Position numbers and translations under genes: made by a program
Assembly: GCA_002699205.1 (NCBI GenBank)
Contig: PABT01000040.1
Span: forward strand, 139,774 to 203,773
Length of the DNA: 64,000 bases
Origin: Allomuricauda sp.
Lineage (GTDB): Bacteria > Bacteroidota > Bacteroidia > Flavobacteriales > Flavobacteriaceae
Reading direction: 5' to 3'
The notes under the pieces: generated by a model
The model's database searches: none
Seen by the model: the letters and a program-made list of their open reading frames with translations, nothing else
Told to the model about the DNA's origin: nothing
Part shown: in pieces, positions 27,438-36,650 of the stretch
How positions within the stretch are numbered: the first letter of the stretch is position 1
How the letters are laid out: each line of letters starts with the position of its first letter

Positions 27438-28418
27438 ATGAACCTATATGTCAAAAAAGGCTACGAAGCCTTTCAGAGAACCTTGGAAAACCGAGTATCG
27501 TTCCGTGAGATCATCTTTGTACTTGCCATGTTGGCTTGCCTTTCCAGAACCCTGTCCCCATCATTGGCCTTGGTGTTGGGCATTATGGTTGCACAGTTCA
27601 TAGGCCACCCGTATTTGCACCTCAACCATAGGGCCACCCATTTTTTGTTACAGGTATCGGTGGTCGGCCTTGGTTTCGGCATGAATGTTCACCGTGCGGC
27701 CGAGGCGGGAAAGGATGGGATACTGTTCACCATAGCCTCTATTTTGGGTACGTTGGTGTTGGGCTATCTCTTGGGTAAGTTGTTCAAATTGGAACGGACC
27801 ACTTCGTTTTTGATCAGTATAGGTACTGCAATCTGTGGTGGAAGTGCCATAGCTGCCGTATCCCCGGTCATCAAGGCAAAGGAGGGGCACATCTCCGTTG
27901 CCTTGGGTACAGTGTTCATACTCAATTCGCTCGCCCTGTTCATTTTTCCCTTCATTGGCCATTTGTTGGATCTGTCACAGAATCAGTTCGGACTTTGGAG
28001 CGCTATTGCCATTCACGATACGAGTTCCGTGGTAGGGGCAGCCTCTAGATTTGGGGGCGATGCCCTTGAGATTGCCACTACCGTGAAGCTGACCCGGGCC
28101 CTGTGGATTATTCCCGTTGCGCTTGGTTCCGCTGTTATCTTTAAAACTGGAAAGGGTAAGATAAAGGTGCCCTATTTCATTGGTCTTTTTGTATTGGCCA
28201 TGGTCCTGAACACCTATCTTCCAGGAATGGAGAGTTTCGGCCATCATATTGTGGACCTTTCAAAATCTGGATTGACGTTGACCCTATTTTTGATTGGAAG
28301 TGGACTTTCCGGGAGTGTGCTCAAATCGGTAGGGTACAGACCCTTATTGCAAGGGGTGGTCTTGTGGGTTGTCATTTCGACCACCGCCCTGTGGGCCATA
28401 GTGATGTTGGGTGGGTAA
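27438..28418 (+). CDS. yeiH: YeiH/UPF0324 putative sulfate/sulfite exporter
   Basis: GTAICGGSAIAAV, AIHDTSSVVGA, VKLTRALW motifs; about 10 TM helices. Confidence 0.92.
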   Translation: MNLYVKKGYEAFQRTLENRVSFREIIFVLAMLACLSRTLSPSLALVLGIMVAQFIGHPYLHLNHRATHFLLQVSVVGLGFGMNVHRAAEAGKDGILFTIASILGTLVLGYLLGKLFKLERTTSFLISIGTAICGGSAIAAVSPVIKAKEGHISVALGTVFILNSLALFIFPFIGHLLDLSQNQFGLWSAIAIHDTSSVVGAASRFGGDALEIATTVKLTRALWIIPVALGSAVIFKTGKGKIKVPYFIGLFVLAMVLNTYLPGMESFGHHIVDLSKSGLTLTLFLIGSGLSGSVLKSVGYRPLLQGVVLWVVISTTALWAIVMLGG

Positions 28419-28495
28419 TTGGAACCGTTCAAAACGCCAAATTTAAGTTATTCGGTATTTGCCATAGTGAAAAGTAGTAGTGTCAGGTATTATTT

Positions 28496-29260
28496 CTAGA
28501 ATGGATTTTTAATCGCTATGTCAAGTGCCAGGTAATGGACGTCTGTTATGGATGATTTTCCCAGTAAGTTGTTCATATAGCCTAAATTAAGCGTAATTTT
28601 TTGTTTTGGGAATGCAACGGAATAATACAAACAAAGTCGAGTTTCTTGATATTCAAATTTACTCCAGTTATCTGTTTTTGTTGTGGAAAACAATAGCTCT
28701 GCCGTTGTTATGATCTTCTGGGTTTTTAATGGATTTAAATTAAAGGATGCTTTTCCTCGAAATCGAGAACGAAACTGTGTATTTTTTGTCGCAGTACTAA
28801 AATCGGGATTATAGAAAAATCGGATTTCCGGACGATAGCTAAAGGAATAATCAAATTTTCCAAGAGAGTTGAGATAAGAAAATCGACCGTAAATCCTTAA
28901 TTCCTGTCGGGCATCTGGTGTGTCCAATTCATAGGGAGGTGTGTCCATGTATCTGTTCTGCCAACGATAACTTAATGCCACGGCATATTTCCAATTTTTA
29001 TGAAACCTGTGTGAAACTTCTTCGTTTACAACATAAATGGATTGTTTTTTTACCAAGTTGTAATCATCGGGGTCGCTTACTCTTCCCAATCCAAAATATG
29101 TGGCAGAACTGATCATTTCATTTTTGTCGAGATTTTGCTCAAGACCGATGGCAAACCAAGAAGCTGTATTTGCCTTGCCCAATCCTGGTGGGGAGAACTG
29201 GGCGAGGCAATTTGAACTTATAAATATTCCCAAAAGGGTGATCATGGAGGTTCGTAACAT
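28496..29260 (-). CDS. DUF2490-family outer-membrane beta-barrel protein
   Basis: Signal peptide; amphipathic strands; ELRIYGRF, RFRSRF, RLCLYYS, LGYMN. Confidence 0.75.
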   Translation of the reverse strand: MLRTSMITLLGIFISSNCLAQFSPPGLGKANTASWFAIGLEQNLDKNEMISSATYFGLGRVSDPDDYNLVKKQSIYVVNEEVSHRFHKNWKYAVALSYRWQNRYMDTPPYELDTPDARQELRIYGRFSYLNSLGKFDYSFSYRPEIRFFYNPDFSTATKNTQFRSRFRGKASFNLNPLKTQKIITTAELLFSTTKTDNWSKFEYQETRLCLYYSVAFPKQKITLNLGYMNNLLGKSSITDVHYLALDIAIKNPF

Positions 29261-29273
29261 AAGAGGAAGGATT

Positions 29274-29720
29274 TTAGTCCGCTATTTTGCTTAATATTTT
29301 ACCCTTTGAATCCACAACAACGTCAAAATCTTGTAGTGTTAAAGCATCAAGTTCCATCTTGTAGACCACTTTTCCGTTGTCGCTTATGCGTTCCAAATCG
29401 TCTATTGAATAGCCTTTAAAATCTGTTTTTATCCTATCGATCACGGCTTTGGGCAATTCGCTTTTGGAAATGTCCTCTTTGTGTTTGACCACTTTTCCTT
29501 CGGCATTGTACCATACTTCGTGGTCAATGTTCCAACCTATTTCAAACTCTACATTGTACAAACTGCCATCCATCTCCCATTCCACATCCGTTGCTTTTGG
29601 AAATTGCTTGTTGAATTCGTTTACAATGACCGAAGGGACTTGACTTTGCGGAATGTCTTGTGCCTGTGTGGTAAGGGCGATCGCCAATGTTGTTCCGAAC
29701 ACTAATAATTGCTTCTTCAT
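29274..29720 (-). CDS. PepSY-like (BLIP-like/DUF2874) periplasmic protein
   Basis: VPSVIVNEFNKQFPKATDVEWE...YNVEF; second repeat LPKAVIDRIKTDFKGY. Confidence 0.85.
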   Translation of the reverse strand: MKKQLLVFGTTLAIALTTQAQDIPQSQVPSVIVNEFNKQFPKATDVEWEMDGSLYNVEFEIGWNIDHEVWYNAEGKVVKHKEDISKSELPKAVIDRIKTDFKGYSIDDLERISDNGKVVYKMELDALTLQDFDVVVDSKGKILSKIAD

Positions 29721-29776
29721 CTTGTATATTTTTTTTAGATTAAAATTTAATTACAAGACAAAGGAAAGACCCGAAT

Positions 29777-29793
29777 TTGGAAAGATTTGGGAA
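29777..29793 (-). promoter_or_regulatory. OmpR-type direct repeat upstream of PepSY gene
   Basis: + strand TTGGAA-N5-TGGGAA; same pattern at 31780. Confidence 0.65.
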
Positions 29794-29799
29794 AGGGTT

Positions 29800-31083
29800 T
29801 CAGGTATTGGGGAATTCGATTTGGAAACAATGCACAGCCTTGTCGAATGAATAGGAGATTTTAAGGTTGTACAGATCTGAAATTGCTTTTACAATGGCCA
29901 GGCCGAGCCCTGTGCCCTTTGAGTTATTGGGTTTGTAAAAGCGTGTGAAGATAAGGTCACCATCAAGTTCTTGGCTACTGCCCGTATTGCATATTCTAAA
30001 AGAATCGGCAATGATTTCTACGGATACTTTTCCGTTGGGAATATTATGAAAAACGGCATTTCTGATTAGGTTGGAAACAAGTACATTGGCAAGTGAGATA
30101 TCCATTTGGACGGATAGTTCGGCCTTTTCATTTACACTGAATTCCACTTTTTTGAACCTTGCCATTTCTTCCAAATCATGTATGTTTTTTTGAACAACTT
30201 CGTTGAGAGAGACCGATCGATTGTCCAAAAAATGCTTGTTTTCTATTTTACTTATGAGCAACAGGGATTTGTTCAAGCGTACCAATCGATTGATAATCTC
30301 CATTACCTCTGCAATGTTCTCAGCTTGTTCGTGTTGCAGGTTACCATTTTCAATTAGTAGTTCCAGTTTGTTGATGGCAATGGCCAATGGGGTCTGTAGT
30401 TCGTGGGAGGCATTCCCGATGAACTGTTTTTGCCGATTGAAAGCCGTGATGTTTTCTTCCAGTAAAGTGTTCACAGCTACTTTTAGATCATTGAATTCCT
30501 TGATATTGGAATTTGCATCGGGAAGGTGTTGACTGTTTCCAAGTCTGAATTTTTTTAGCTGATCCAGAAAATCATAAAACGGTTTCCAAAGCTTTTTGAG
30601 GGCAACATTGTTGATCAATACAATACCTAAAATAAGAACAATATATAACCAAATCACATCCCATAGCAGTTCTTTTATCAAGTCGTCTTCCTCTACCATG
30701 GAGTTGGCCACTTTAAGCTCGTAATATTCGTCATTGAGCTCAAATGCGGTGACAAGCATGCGCACAGGTTCCGGTTCCGGCTTGTCATCATCGGCATCCT
30801 GCATGTACAGTACGGTGTCAAAGTACTTGTCCTTTATTGAAAGGGCTTTTTGTTTGTTGATTCGTTGAATGGCAAAAAAGCTTTCATCAAAATAGTTCTT
30901 GGTCAATAGGGTTGAATCTTGTTGTGCATTTTGAATGATCAATCGTTTGTAATTCTCAAGCCCTTCGTCAATGCTGCTTTTTATCTCATTGAGCATATTG
31001 AAATAAAATACCATTGCCCAAATGGTAACAATGGCCAATATGGAGATGGACAGATATTTTAAGGATTGGTTGAGCAGTTTCAT
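29800..31083 (-). CDS. Membrane sensor histidine kinase (2 TM)
   Basis: ASHELQTPL, NLIRNAVFHN, GTGLGLAIV. Confidence 0.93.
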   Translation of the reverse strand: MKLLNQSLKYLSISILAIVTIWAMVFYFNMLNEIKSSIDEGLENYKRLIIQNAQQDSTLLTKNYFDESFFAIQRINKQKALSIKDKYFDTVLYMQDADDDKPEPEPVRMLVTAFELNDEYYELKVANSMVEEDDLIKELLWDVIWLYIVLILGIVLINNVALKKLWKPFYDFLDQLKKFRLGNSQHLPDANSNIKEFNDLKVAVNTLLEENITAFNRQKQFIGNASHELQTPLAIAINKLELLIENGNLQHEQAENIAEVMEIINRLVRLNKSLLLISKIENKHFLDNRSVSLNEVVQKNIHDLEEMARFKKVEFSVNEKAELSVQMDISLANVLVSNLIRNAVFHNIPNGKVSVEIIADSFRICNTGSSQELDGDLIFTRFYKPNNSKGTGLGLAIVKAISDLYNLKISYSFDKAVHCFQIEFPNT

Positions 31084-31757
31084 ATTTCAACCAATTTGTA
31101 CCCAATGCCATAAATGGATTGGATTTCTATTTCTGCATTGGCCGATTGGAGTTTCTTTCGCAGGTTTTTTATTTGATAATATACAAAGTCAAAATTGTCT
31201 GCATTATCAGAATTGTCGCCCCACACATGTTCTGCCAAGGCAGATTTGGTGACCAATCGGTCTTTGTTGAGCATAAAATAGTTTAAAATGTCAAATTCCT
31301 TTCGGTTAAGGGCGATCAATTTATTGTTTGCCCAAAACTGCCTATTGTCAACGTCCAACTTCGTATTGCCCAATTCAATCGCATTGTTTCCGTTTAAGTC
31401 CTTTCTGCGTAACACGGCTTTGATCCTTGCATTGAGTTCCGCTAGGTGAAATGGTTTGGTAAGATAATCGTCGGCCCCAAGTTCCAGTCCATTGAGTTTG
31501 TCGTCAAGCGAATCCTTGGCCGAAATGATAATGACGTTTTCACTTTTACCTTCTTTTTTTAGTTGTGCAAGTATATCCAATCCGCTCCCACGGGGCAACA
31601 TAATGTCCAATAGGACGCAGTCGTAGTCGTAAACAAATACTTTTTCAATGGCACTGTGGTAATCAGTGGCGGTCTCGACCAAAAAATTTTCCTTTTCCAG
31701 CGATGCTTTTATGTTACTGAGTAACTGGGTTTCGTCTTCAATCACTAAAATCTTCAC
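31080..31757 (-). CDS. OmpR/PhoB-family response regulator
   Basis: GTG start; LLDIMLP, GADDYLTKPF, YGIGY winged helix; ATGA overlap with the kinase. Confidence 0.95.
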   Translation of the reverse strand: MKILVIEDETQLLSNIKASLEKENFLVETATDYHSAIEKVFVYDYDCVLLDIMLPRGSGLDILAQLKKEGKSENVIIISAKDSLDDKLNGLELGADDYLTKPFHLAELNARIKAVLRRKDLNGNNAIELGNTKLDVDNRQFWANNKLIALNRKEFDILNYFMLNKDRLVTKSALAEHVWGDNSDNADNFDFVYYQIKNLRKKLQSANAEIEIQSIYGIGYKLVEI

Positions 31758-31779
31758 GCTATAAATTTACTTTAAGATC

Positions 31780-31796
31780 TTGGAAAAAAATGGGAA
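31780..31796 (-). promoter_or_regulatory. OmpR-type direct repeat upstream of the response regulator
   Basis: + strand TTGGAA-N5-TGGGAA. Confidence 0.65.
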
Positions 31797-32059
31797 TTAT
31801 AGCCGTTTTTATATTGGAACAGGGCTATGGACTGGCACTGGTGAATCTCTGTAATCGTATTTAACAGAATCATTGGTATTTGATAATTTATTGTGATAAA
31901 ATAATTGTATTATTGAACTCTACTAAATTTTATAAAAACACTACTGATAAGATAGTTGTTCTTTTATCGAAACAATGATATTGGTTAAAAGCATTGATTC
32001 ATTTTAAAGAATGGATTCGTTCATTGGTCTGGGATAAGAAATGGAAACCTGAAATAGTT

Positions 32060-35000
32060 ATGTTCACTTACTGCCGAATTACGATTATATTGTTTGTCCT
32101 TTCTTTTCAGGTGTATGGACAAGATTTTGAAAGATTTTCCAACGCAGAGGGGTTTAATCAAAACACCATCAATTCCATTGTTCAGGATTGTTATGGTTTT
32201 ATATGGTTGGGAACTCCCAATGGGCTTATTCGATATGATGGATATGAATTCAGGACCTTTACCACCCAGTCAAATATAGAAGGGGAAATCTTAAGCAACT
32301 TTATAACTCGTTTATATAATGATGCCCGAGGGGTGCTATGGATAGGAACGAATCTGGGCTTAAATTTCTATGTTCCATCCTTGGAAAGGTTTTATACCGT
32401 GCCATTATCCAAAAGGTTAAGGGTAAATACCATTGATACAGGTTCGGATAATACTATCTGGTTTGCGGCCGATGACGAACTCTATGTTGGTCAATTGGAG
32501 GACAAGGAAAAAGGTATATTCAATATTTCGGACAACCTCTTGGAATCCATACCGGATATTTCTACCATCAATGATATAGCCTTTAAAGATTCACTGTCGA
32601 TGGTCTTGGCTACGGAAAAGGGATTGAAAAAATTGAACTTTACTAAAGCATCGGGGGACCGTTTATTTAAGGTGGAATCCGCAATATCCCTAAAAACTTT
32701 CGAAAATGATGAGGTCACCAATATCCTGGTACAGGACAATCTATTTTGGATAAGCACCGATAATGGGCTGTACAAGACAACTTTTGAAGGGGATATTATG
32801 CATGTTATTGATGTTTTTGATGATTTGGGTGATTCGGAAACATCCGATGGGGGAATAGCGGTTAGGACCATATATGAAGATCATTCGGGCTCCCTTTGGA
32901 TAGGAACAAAGGAACACGGCCTTTTTAAATATGAAGAAAAAGGATTCAAGCACTTTGCACATGATCCAAAGAATGATCTGGGGTTGAGCAGTCCCCAGGT
33001 CAATGCCATATATCAAGATGATTTTGGTGTATTATGGATTGGTACCGCCCAAGCTGGGTTGAACAAACTGGATTTGTCCCAAAAACAATTTTATGGCTAC
33101 TCTAATAATCCATATGAACCCAATTCCCTATCCGATAATCTATTGATGGCTGTTTTGGAAGACAACAAGGGGCGGTTATGGTTGTCCGGATATAATGAGG
33201 AACTGTATAGGAGTACAACCTCAGTGAACGATTCCACCGTAAGGTCGCTCCGGTTTGAGGTTTTGGAAGGAAAGTTGGAATTGAGTGATTCTGATGTTGT
33301 TAGGAGTATTTCTGAGGATAGGAACGGTTTTTTATGGTTTGGTACGGATTATAAAATTATTGTATATAATCCTGAAGACGGACGATACAAGGATATTTCG
33401 TTTGAAAAAGATGAAAAGCCATATCACATAGGGGAAATCAGGGAAGTTTATCAAATAGATGATAGCCATGTACTTATTGCAGGCTCTTCCATTGCCATTG
33501 TTTCCAATCCTTGGCCAATTATCAGGACAAGCACGAATCCACAATTGTCGGTGTTGTCCTGTGTGGGCTTTGAATCTGAAAGGGTACAGGCCTTGGTGGA
33601 AAACCAAAAAGGATCATTTTGGTTTGGAACCAACAAGGGATTATTGCACGGGAATTTTAACGGTAAGGAAATCAAGATAGACCATCGAATTTCAGAGGAG
33701 GTCACTGATGGATTAAAGTTGACTTACAGAAATGTATTCTCTTTGTTGAGCAGTGGAAACAATGTTATTTGGATCGGTACTTTTGGAGGTGGGTTAAATA
33801 AAATGACGTTGGATGAGCAGGGAGCCCCAAAGAAAATGGAGTATTTTAGAAAAAATGATTTTCTACCAGATGATGCTATTTACGGTCTGCTACAAGTGGA
33901 AGATGAACACATTTGGATGAGTACCGATATGGGGCTGGTTAGGATGGATGTAAGAAACCATGCAGTGGATGTGTTCGATGTTCGTGATGGTCTTCCCCAG
34001 AATAATTTTAGGCAAGGGGCATATTTTAAAGGAAATTCAGGCTACCTATATTTTGGGGGATTAAACGGATTGACAATTTTTAAGCCTGAAAATATAGTAC
34101 TGAACGAGCAGCCTCCCAATGTATTGATAACGGACTTGCTTATCAACAATGAACGGGTGGAAATAGGCGAGAAGTTAAGGAAAAAGATTGTACTTGACAG
34201 GTCGATTTCGGAAACGGACAGCATAACGGTCAACAAGACACAACAACAAAGTATTGCATTCAATTTGGTGGTGGAACACACCACAAGCCCATCCAAAAAC
34301 AAATTGGCGTACAAGCTTGAGAATTTTAACGATGAATGGATAGAGGAGGATACCGGTAAGGCCACGATAACCTATACCAATCTGGCTGCCGGTAGTTATA
34401 CTTTCAAAGTGCGGGCAGCGAATGGGGACGGTTTTTGGGCAACCGAGGCAAAAACATTGCATTTGGAAATACTACCACCATGGTACCAAACATGGTGGAG
34501 CTATGTACTGTTCATTATTTTAATTGTTAGTGCGGGCATTGGTGTCGTGGTGTATTTTAGCCAACACGAGAAATTAAAACAACGACTAAAATTTGAAAAA
34601 CTTGATAAGGAAAGGCAACAAACGATCAATCAAGGGAAGTTCCGTTATTTTACGAACCTTTCCCATGAGTTTAGAACACCGCTGACATTGATATCGGGTC
34701 CATTGGAGCATATCATGGCCCAGAACAAGGATCCTGAGAACAGAAAATATTTGGAGATAATCAGAAAAAACACAAAGAGACTCTTGAGTTTGGTGGATCA
34801 GCTGATTACCTTTCGACAAGCGGAACAAGGGCATTTGAATTTACAGCTCAGCAAGGATACTTTGGGAGGGTTTATGTATCCTACCACCGAAGCCTTTGAG
34901 AATTACGCTAAAGAGAAGGATATCAATTTTTATTATAAGGTCAGTTCCCCGGATGAGGAAATCATCATTGATGTAGAAAAAACAGAGCGTATTATCTTTA

Positions 35001-36199
35001 ACTTACTATCCAATTCCTTTAAGAACACCCCTCCAAAGGGTAGCATCAGCGTAGAGGCAAAAATCACTGTCGATTCCGGAAAAAAAATGATACATATCGA
35101 TGTAATCGATAATGGAAAAGGAATTCCTCCCGAGGATCTAGACAATATTTTTGAACGCTTTTATCAACTTGGAAACAAATTGGGTAAGGTCAGTGGTGGA
35201 GGAATAGGCTTATCTTTTTGTAAATCACTTGTCAACCTATTGGAAGGTGAAATTTCAGCAAAAAGCGATCCTGGTGTGGAGACTCGGTTTTCTGTGGTTA
35301 TTCCATCAAAATCGATCTCGGAATATGGTGCTGATAATATAGGCCCTTCTGGCCAATCCTTTATCAAAGATTGGGTTCCTCTCGGAACTGAAATTACCAA
35401 AGATGTCGTGACAACCGATAAAACGGTAGGGGACAAGGATTTTAGTGTGCTTATTGTAGAGAATGAAGTGGATGTGCAGACATTTTTGACCAGTACACTA
35501 TCCAAAAAATATAATTTAAGAGTAGCCAACAATGGGGTGGAGGGTTTAGCCAAAATCAAGGAAAAACATCCTGACTTGGTAATAAGTGATGTTATGATGC
35601 CCGAAATGGACGGTTTTGAATTATGTGAAAGAATAAAATCAGATGTGGAGTTGAGCCATATTTCTGTTTTATTGTTGACGGCATTGGGAGACCAGGAAGA
35701 CATAATCAAGGGCTTGGAGTTTGGGGCCGATGAATATTTGAGCAAGCCTTTTTCCATCAGGCATTTGGAACTTCGTATTGAAAGGCTTATTCAAAATAAA
35801 ACGAAGTTGCTGCAACATTTTTCCAAAAAAAGTGAATTGCCCAAGGAAGATATCCAAATTTCCAAACGGGACAAGGAATTTTTGAATAAGGTGATAGAGG
35901 CCATAGAAAACAATCTCTCTGATTCCAATTTCGGGGTAGAAGAACTGGCCTTACAAGTGGGATTGAGCACATCCCATTTTTATAGACGTCTAAAACAGCT
36001 GACAGGACAAGTGCCCAATGTGTACCTACGGAATTTTAGACTTCAACGGGCGGCTGAATTATTGGGTAACAATGAGGGCTACAATGTAACTGAGGTTATG
36101 TATCAAATAGGAATAGAATCAAATTCCTATTTCTCCACATCATTTAAAAAACTTCACGGAATGTCTCCTTCCGAATTTGTCAAACAAAAAAAGGCCTAA
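32060..36199 (+). CDS. Hybrid two-component sensor-regulator (HTCS)
   Basis: Reg_prop propeller repeats, Y_Y_Y domain, TM helix, SHEFRTPLT, HATPase, REC (DVMMP), AraC HTH. Confidence 0.96.
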   Translation: MFTYCRITIILFVLSFQVYGQDFERFSNAEGFNQNTINSIVQDCYGFIWLGTPNGLIRYDGYEFRTFTTQSNIEGEILSNFITRLYNDARGVLWIGTNLGLNFYVPSLERFYTVPLSKRLRVNTIDTGSDNTIWFAADDELYVGQLEDKEKGIFNISDNLLESIPDISTINDIAFKDSLSMVLATEKGLKKLNFTKASGDRLFKVESAISLKTFENDEVTNILVQDNLFWISTDNGLYKTTFEGDIMHVIDVFDDLGDSETSDGGIAVRTIYEDHSGSLWIGTKEHGLFKYEEKGFKHFAHDPKNDLGLSSPQVNAIYQDDFGVLWIGTAQAGLNKLDLSQKQFYGYSNNPYEPNSLSDNLLMAVLEDNKGRLWLSGYNEELYRSTTSVNDSTVRSLRFEVLEGKLELSDSDVVRSISEDRNGFLWFGTDYKIIVYNPEDGRYKDISFEKDEKPYHIGEIREVYQIDDSHVLIAGSSIAIVSNPWPIIRTSTNPQLSVLSCVGFESERVQALVENQKGSFWFGTNKGLLHGNFNGKEIKIDHRISEEVTDGLKLTYRNVFSLLSSGNNVIWIGTFGGGLNKMTLDEQGAPKKMEYFRKNDFLPDDAIYGLLQVEDEHIWMSTDMGLVRMDVRNHAVDVFDVRDGLPQNNFRQGAYFKGNSGYLYFGGLNGLTIFKPENIVLNEQPPNVLITDLLINNERVEIGEKLRKKIVLDRSISETDSITVNKTQQQSIAFNLVVEHTTSPSKNKLAYKLENFNDEWIEEDTGKATITYTNLAAGSYTFKVRAANGDGFWATEAKTLHLEILPPWYQTWWSYVLFIILIVSAGIGVVVYFSQHEKLKQRLKFEKLDKERQQTINQGKFRYFTNLSHEFRTPLTLISGPLEHIMAQNKDPENRKYLEIIRKNTKRLLSLVDQLITFRQAEQGHLNLQLSKDTLGGFMYPTTEAFENYAKEKDINFYYKVSSPDEEIIIDVEKTERIIFNLLSNSFKNTPPKGSISVEAKITVDSGKKMIHIDVIDNGKGIPPEDLDNIFERFYQLGNKLGKVSGGGIGLSFCKSLVNLLEGEISAKSDPGVETRFSVVIPSKSISEYGADNIGPSGQSFIKDWVPLGTEITKDVVTTDKTVGDKDFSVLIVENEVDVQTFLTSTLSKKYNLRVANNGVEGLAKIKEKHPDLVISDVMMPEMDGFELCERIKSDVELSHISVLLLTALGDQEDIIKGLEFGADEYLSKPFSIRHLELRIERLIQNKTKLLQHFSKKSELPKEDIQISKRDKEFLNKVIEAIENNLSDSNFGVEELALQVGLSTSHFYRRLKQLTGQVPNVYLRNFRLQRAAELLGNNEGYNVTEVMYQIGIESNSYFSTSFKKLHGMSPSEFVKQKKA

Positions 36200-36331
36200 G
36201 GTTTCTCTAAAGTTGTAACCGTAAACCTTGATTATCTTCCTTCCGTTACTTTACCGATAAGGATTGATATCGAATCTTCTTTACTATCAAAATTTAAAAC
36301 GAGCCACTTGTTTTATTCGAATAAATGGGGG

Positions 36332-36402
36332 TTTTGAGTGATAATAGCAAGGGAATGATCGAATCGAGAACGCTTTGAAAGCTCATCACAACTAGCTTTG
36401 TT
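36332..36402 (+). promoter_or_regulatory. HTCS-type PUL promoter, copy 1
   Basis: 39-bp motif, 22 nt, then TAGCTTTGTT; same spacing at 38491 and 61282. Confidence 0.75.
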
Positions 36403-36650
36403 CACAAATAGAATCAAACCTAAACCCATTCACCAGGGAAAGATGTAAACCTTGTTTCCTTGTCCATGGGGATAGACTAAGCTTAAGGTGGAACCCCTTA
36501 ATTATGATGAACCCTGACCTAGGGTCATTTGCAAATGTTAAGGAGAGCCGCTTATCTCTTGATTTTTCGGTTTGCCATATCATTGGTTTGATCAGTGGGT
36601 TCAAGGCGCGTCGTATCGGCCTTTTGGACATAAATTTTAAATAATTGAAA

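Noticed and set aside
35164-35757. 197-aa antisense ORF in the HTCS
   Set aside because: Ser-rich reverse-frame artefact
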